Notes under the pieces: generated by a model
The model's database searches: none
The model's input: the letters and a program-made list of their open reading frames with translations, nothing else
Told to the model about the DNA's origin: nothing
Translations under genes and position numbers: made by a program
Shown: piece by piece, positions 59,689 through 64,000 of the stretch
Position numbering within the stretch: position 1 is the first letter of the stretch
How the letters are laid out: each line of letters opens with the position of its first letter
Sequence record: PZ379176.1
DNA: 64,000 nt
Origin: a phage
Reading direction: 5' to 3' (one strand)

Positions 59689-61932
59689 TTAGTTTTTACT
59701 TCCAAGACGTTTGCCTGGAATCCGTGAATCTTTGAGAGAAGCTTGTTGCTCTTTCTTAGTTACATTAGCTTCTTTCTTTTGGAGTTCCAAAGTTTTATCC
59801 TGAACACGAGCTTGCTGAACAATCTTCTCTTGGTCTACCTGATGAGACATAACCATCTGCAATTCTTTCAGTACAGATTCATACTGACGGACCTGCTGTT
59901 GCATAAGAGCTAACTTGTGCTTAGCTTGTTCCAGAGTAGCATTGTTATCTTCTTTACGGTTTTCCAGAGTCATTGCATCTGCTGCATTTTCTTGCTTGAA
60001 TTGCAACTCTTCCTGACGTAGACTTAATTCATCCGCAGCTTTCTGCTGTTCGAATGTAGTACGTTCACGTTGGTCGAATGCATCAGCAATCATCTTCTGA
60101 GAAGAAGCCTGTACGTTCTCAACCTGTGCTTTAGTCATCTCGAGCTGGAGGATTTCCATCGGAGAAGGTTCTGGAGGCTGATACTGTTCCAGAGGCAGAA
60201 GATATTTATGAGTATCTTTAATACCCATCAACTCAAAGATCTGTGCAGTCATGTAACGGTCTTGCTCCAAACCAAAGAGAGGTGCTAACTGTGCATCTGC
60301 TGCAATCAGCTGTTTCAAGCTAATCAGTTTCTGTGCACGTTCTGCTTTCTCGTTAGGAGAGATAGCTACAACAACTTGAAGATTGTGACGAGCTGGTAAT
60401 TGTTTTGGATTTACCTGAATCATACCACGAGGGGTTTGTACCTCGATAGGAACTTCACCATTTTCTCTGATAAGGTTGTAAATACCACGCATCAATTCAA
60501 CCATACCATTGTGAGCAATGTTACGACATACCATACGGAGACGGTTCTGTGCAGCATTCATCATCAAGCCTACGGTTGCATAAGCGTTATCATTCTTAAA
60601 CACATCAGGGTTGATACCCATGCCTAGTTTGGTTACACCTGTACGTGTCTCTTTAAGCTCCTCAGACATGCCTAGGAGGCCGTCAATACCTTGAGGTAGG
60701 TTATGGTATGGGAACAGGTCAATAGCGTCCTGACGTTCCATTTCAACCACTCCACCGGGACGGTTATCAAGCAGAGAGCGACGGTCGTATGCACCAACAA
60801 GAGCCTTGTATCGACCATAGTTAGCATTGTTGACGTTATCAATATAACCACGAACTAACGCGGTACGTAAATCTTGAATATCTTTCGTAATGTCATAGAC
60901 CGATTGACCATAGAAGGAACCCGGAATCGGATACGGGCAGAAGGTTACAAACGGAATGTGAGTTACTTCTTCAGTGTGAAGGATATGCTCACCAGCTTGA
61001 ATAACCTGATAGAGTTTAGACTCTTTATTCTTATCTAGAACACCAGTACGAATATAGTGCTCATAAACCCAAACCATAGAAGCGATATCTTCGGTATCTG
61101 TACCAATATCAGCATCAATATCCTGACGCCAGTCAGTACGAGACCAAGCAACTGTAGATTGAGTGGTATCCATTGTATCTGTCCAGTCGTTAAATGCTTC
61201 AATCTCATCTTTAGGGAATCCCATAGCAACCAGATCTTCTTTAGAACGACGTACACGATGACAGAAGTATTGTGCATCTGCAAAAGAGGTAGCATGTTCG
61301 TCAACAAAGATTTGCTCTGAAGGAACATATTCAACTTTCACACGTTTAACGGTTTGTTCGTAAGTAACTTTAACATCTACTGTACCATCTTCATTTTCTT
61401 CAGTGAAGATTTCCAGATTCTTGAGTCCACCAGCTTCTAATCCCTGAACATATGCAGCCAATGCTTCCGGTGGTACACCTTCAGCTTCTTCAGTTTGAGT
61501 AGAAGTTTGTTCATCCCAATAATACTTGATAAAAGAGTTACGAGTAACCAGACATTCTTGTGCAGCAGAAGAGATAATATTGTATCCCGGATTATCACGC
61601 AGAAGAATTTGGTTAACTAATTTAGTTGCTACGTCAGCAGCATCAGAATCCTGTTGGTTGTCAGCTACGAAAGTAACTGCTTCATCACCAGAACAGAATA
61701 CGTTAATAATATCTTGCAATGTACCGTTAACAGATTCCCAAACAGTACGATCTACCCAACTAGAGCTGCCAGCAGTTACTGGTGCAGGTAAGTTACCATA
61801 GAAATATTCCCAAGCTTCACGAGCATAGCCCTTAACAGCCATGTCCACGTAGCCTTGAGCATAATTAAAACGACGTTGAAGGTCAACACGTAACTCGTCC
61901 AACACCTCTTCACTATATTTTTGCTTAGCCAT
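59689..61932 (-). CDS. portal protein
   Basis: 747-aa ORF directly downstream of terminase large subunit. Confidence 0.7.
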   Translation of the reverse strand: MAKQKYSEEVLDELRVDLQRRFNYAQGYVDMAVKGYAREAWEYFYGNLPAPVTAGSSSWVDRTVWESVNGTLQDIINVFCSGDEAVTFVADNQQDSDAADVATKLVNQILLRDNPGYNIISSAAQECLVTRNSFIKYYWDEQTSTQTEEAEGVPPEALAAYVQGLEAGGLKNLEIFTEENEDGTVDVKVTYEQTVKRVKVEYVPSEQIFVDEHATSFADAQYFCHRVRRSKEDLVAMGFPKDEIEAFNDWTDTMDTTQSTVAWSRTDWRQDIDADIGTDTEDIASMVWVYEHYIRTGVLDKNKESKLYQVIQAGEHILHTEEVTHIPFVTFCPYPIPGSFYGQSVYDITKDIQDLRTALVRGYIDNVNNANYGRYKALVGAYDRRSLLDNRPGGVVEMERQDAIDLFPYHNLPQGIDGLLGMSEELKETRTGVTKLGMGINPDVFKNDNAYATVGLMMNAAQNRLRMVCRNIAHNGMVELMRGIYNLIRENGEVPIEVQTPRGMIQVNPKQLPARHNLQVVVAISPNEKAERAQKLISLKQLIAADAQLAPLFGLEQDRYMTAQIFELMGIKDTHKYLLPLEQYQPPEPSPMEILQLEMTKAQVENVQASSQKMIADAFDQRERTTFEQQKAADELSLRQEELQFKQENAADAMTLENRKEDNNATLEQAKHKLALMQQQVRQYESVLKELQMVMSHQVDQEKIVQQARVQDKTLELQKKEANVTKKEQQASLKDSRIPGKRLGSKN

Positions 61933-61957
61933 CGATTCTCTCCCTCGGTTGATAGCT

Positions 61958-61988
61958 TAAATAAAAGAAGGGAGGACAAACCTCCCCC
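61958..61988 (-). terminator. terminator/attenuator hairpin between terminase and portal genes
   Basis: Minus strand GGGAGG-TTTGT-CCTCCC followed by TTCTTTTATTT. Confidence 0.5.
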
Positions 61989-61993
61989 TTACT

Positions 61994-63535
61994 TTAGTAA
62001 CTCTGATTCCATCTGCTTACGTTTGCCTCATACAGAGAAGCACTTCCGTAGCTAACGTCATGTTTAGAGCGACCACGATGTGTAACAGAGCACGCTGAAT
62101 AGCGCATTGCATCCATTAAGTCATCATGTTCTTTAATAATCTTACCAACCTTACGGTGATATCTAGCTTTCTCTTCGAATAGCTTAGCGTTAGCAGCTGT
62201 GTTAAAGATTTTAAAGCGTCCACTCATCATTCTTTCTCGGATATCTGTGATTCCGGGTTCTACAAAGAAGTTCTTTTTACCATCCATTCCAATTTTGTTG
62301 TAGAAGGTCTCACTCTGTACGTTAACTCCTGCATTCTTATAGAATTGAGCAACAGATGAACCACTACCTTTCTCAGTATTGTCCGCATCATGCGGTAGGA
62401 TGACAGGAATCCACTGACCACGACCATTAATAGCTGGAGCATGATACACTGGAGTAAAGCCACCTTCTTTATATGAGTCGTAAACATAGATAGTATCCGT
62501 GTTTGCGTCGTAAGCTGTCCAAACAGCAGCAGTTGGGTGATCAATACCAATATCAATTGCACAGACACGTTTCCACGTATCAGGAATTTCGAATGGTTCA
62601 CATTTAATTGTGTCATCCGATACATCATAAATCAAACCACTTCCTAACAATGGCATACCTTTTGAACGCATCTCTAACTGCCACGCTGGAATACCTTCAG
62701 TCATATCTTTTATATCTTGGTCAGTGATGTGTCCACCTAGGTCTGCATGAGCATCCCACCAAGAAGCATTCTGGAAATATAGAGAACCTGTGCTCTCATC
62801 CCCTTCACCTTTCATAAATTTATCTACCAGTTCAGTTAAACCGTTCTCTGGTGTAGCTGTAATTGTAACTAGACCTTTAGTTGTGAGTGTACGTGTGACG
62901 CACTGTGCGAATATAGCCATAGACTCGTATGGATCTTCTTCGTCTAACCAAATGTAGTCAACTGTTGCACCCATTAATGTGTGTTCACCCTGTTGGGTTG
63001 AACGGAATTCTAATGTACTTAAACCGTCAAACTCTCCTCTCTCATTTTGATGTTTGATTTGTACGATTTGAAGTTTGTTACCATCTCGTTCTATCGTATC
63101 AATGACGATAGCATCACGAGGAATGACACCTGTCCCTAATAAATTTGTATCCTTTCCGATAGGTGTACCAAACAATTCCTTTTGCAATACTTTCCTTGTG
63201 GAATCCCCTGTAATACCAACTGCCCATGCTAAGATAGGTCTTTTAAATTTATATCCTGTCCACCAAGTTGGGTAGCGACCTGTGACATGACAAGCAAACT
63301 CGTATGCCTCGCTATAAGATTTACCAACACGGTTCGCTGCACACAAAAATCTAAAGCGATGCTTCAATCCTGCTGCATAAAATTTCTTTTGGAAGTCATA
63401 CGCCTTGAAAGACAAAATCCTATTATACTTCCTCCATTGGTCACGCTCTTTCAACATATTCAATAGTGCTTTCTTTTCGTCTACACTAAGATTGTTACCA
63501 GTTAGAGCTTCGTAAATTTGCTTATCTAATGACAT
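61994..63535 (-). CDS. terminase large subunit
   Basis: Walker A CAANRVGKS near N-terminus; GGAGGAAG RBS. Confidence 0.85.
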   Translation of the reverse strand: MSLDKQIYEALTGNNLSVDEKKALLNMLKERDQWRKYNRILSFKAYDFQKKFYAAGLKHRFRFLCAANRVGKSYSEAYEFACHVTGRYPTWWTGYKFKRPILAWAVGITGDSTRKVLQKELFGTPIGKDTNLLGTGVIPRDAIVIDTIERDGNKLQIVQIKHQNERGEFDGLSTLEFRSTQQGEHTLMGATVDYIWLDEEDPYESMAIFAQCVTRTLTTKGLVTITATPENGLTELVDKFMKGEGDESTGSLYFQNASWWDAHADLGGHITDQDIKDMTEGIPAWQLEMRSKGMPLLGSGLIYDVSDDTIKCEPFEIPDTWKRVCAIDIGIDHPTAAVWTAYDANTDTIYVYDSYKEGGFTPVYHAPAINGRGQWIPVILPHDADNTEKGSGSSVAQFYKNAGVNVQSETFYNKIGMDGKKNFFVEPGITDIRERMMSGRFKIFNTAANAKLFEEKARYHRKVGKIIKEHDDLMDAMRYSACSVTHRGRSKHDVSYGSASLYEANVSRWNQSY

Positions 63536-63671
63536 ACTTCCTCCAGTTTAAAAATAGAAAAGGGAAAGTCCCTTCGTCAAAGAACCTCCCCTTCTTTCCT
63601 TTAATTAACTCTTGAATAAATGAAATCTCCTCTATCACTTCTAAGGTTTGTTAGTTTAACGAGAGGATTCC

Positions 63672-64000
63672 TTAAACCTGCTCATCTTGACTATTCGTTT
63701 CATTTTCTTCAGAGTCATCTTCTTCTGGAGGCATAACGTCGATACCAAGTGCTCCAGTCAAGAAGTCCTTGATTTGTGCATTCAATGATTCTTCGTTAAT
63801 TACATTCTCTTCCTCAATCTTAACTTCAACAGAGGCCGCCTTAGGATATACCAGATCTGCAACTTTTGATGCAGCCTTGAATCTAAGATCAGGTGGAATA
63901 TTAGGATCTTCGTAAATTTGAATTAACACTTCATCAGGAGACAAATGACTTGCAGCAACACGGTCCAACATTAATTGTGTCAGTTTACCTCTACTACCTC
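63672..64000 (-). CDS. acidic small protein upstream of terminase large subunit, possibly terminase small subunit; N-terminus may lie beyond window edge
   Basis: Track ORF 63672..63971; acidic C-terminus. Confidence 0.35.
   Translation of the reverse strand, partial: GSRGKLTQLMLDRVAASHLSPDEVLIQIYEDPNIPPDLRFKAASKVADLVYPKAASVEVKIEEENVINEESLNAQIKDFLTGALGIDVMPPEEDDSEENETNSQDEQV

Overview
The window reads as most of a virulent double-stranded DNA phage genome with two convergent transcription blocks meeting at a bidirectional terminator near 35.3 kb. Positions 1-35230 (+ strand) carry early/middle genes: a tRNA-Arg(UCU), many small ORFs (several in tandem paralog arrays), a cluster of predicted amidoligase / glutamine amidotransferase / ATP-grasp / gamma-glutamyl cyclotransferase enzymes, replication and nucleotide-metabolism genes (primase-helicase, split family A DNA polymerase, 5'-3' exonuclease, SSB-like protein, ThyX, dCTP deaminase-like, thioredoxin, PhoH), a CCA-adding-enzyme-family nucleotidyltransferase, a Dps-like protein, a macro-domain protein and a phage sigma factor. 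Positions 35318-64000 (- strand) carry the late structural/lysis module: terminase, portal, scaffold, major capsid, Ig-like protein, HNH homing endonuclease, tail fibers, endolysin, transglycosylase and large internal virion proteins. Gene content (own sigma factor, recurring TAATGTATA motif upstream of genes, amidoligase cluster) resembles phiEco32-like (Kuravirus-type) enterobacterial podophages as I recall them; this was not verified by any search. All functional calls rest on motifs read by eye from the supplied translations. The most interesting candidate system is the 5.0-14.4 kb enzyme cluster, which could be a peptide-tagging or DNA/small-molecule modification pathway.
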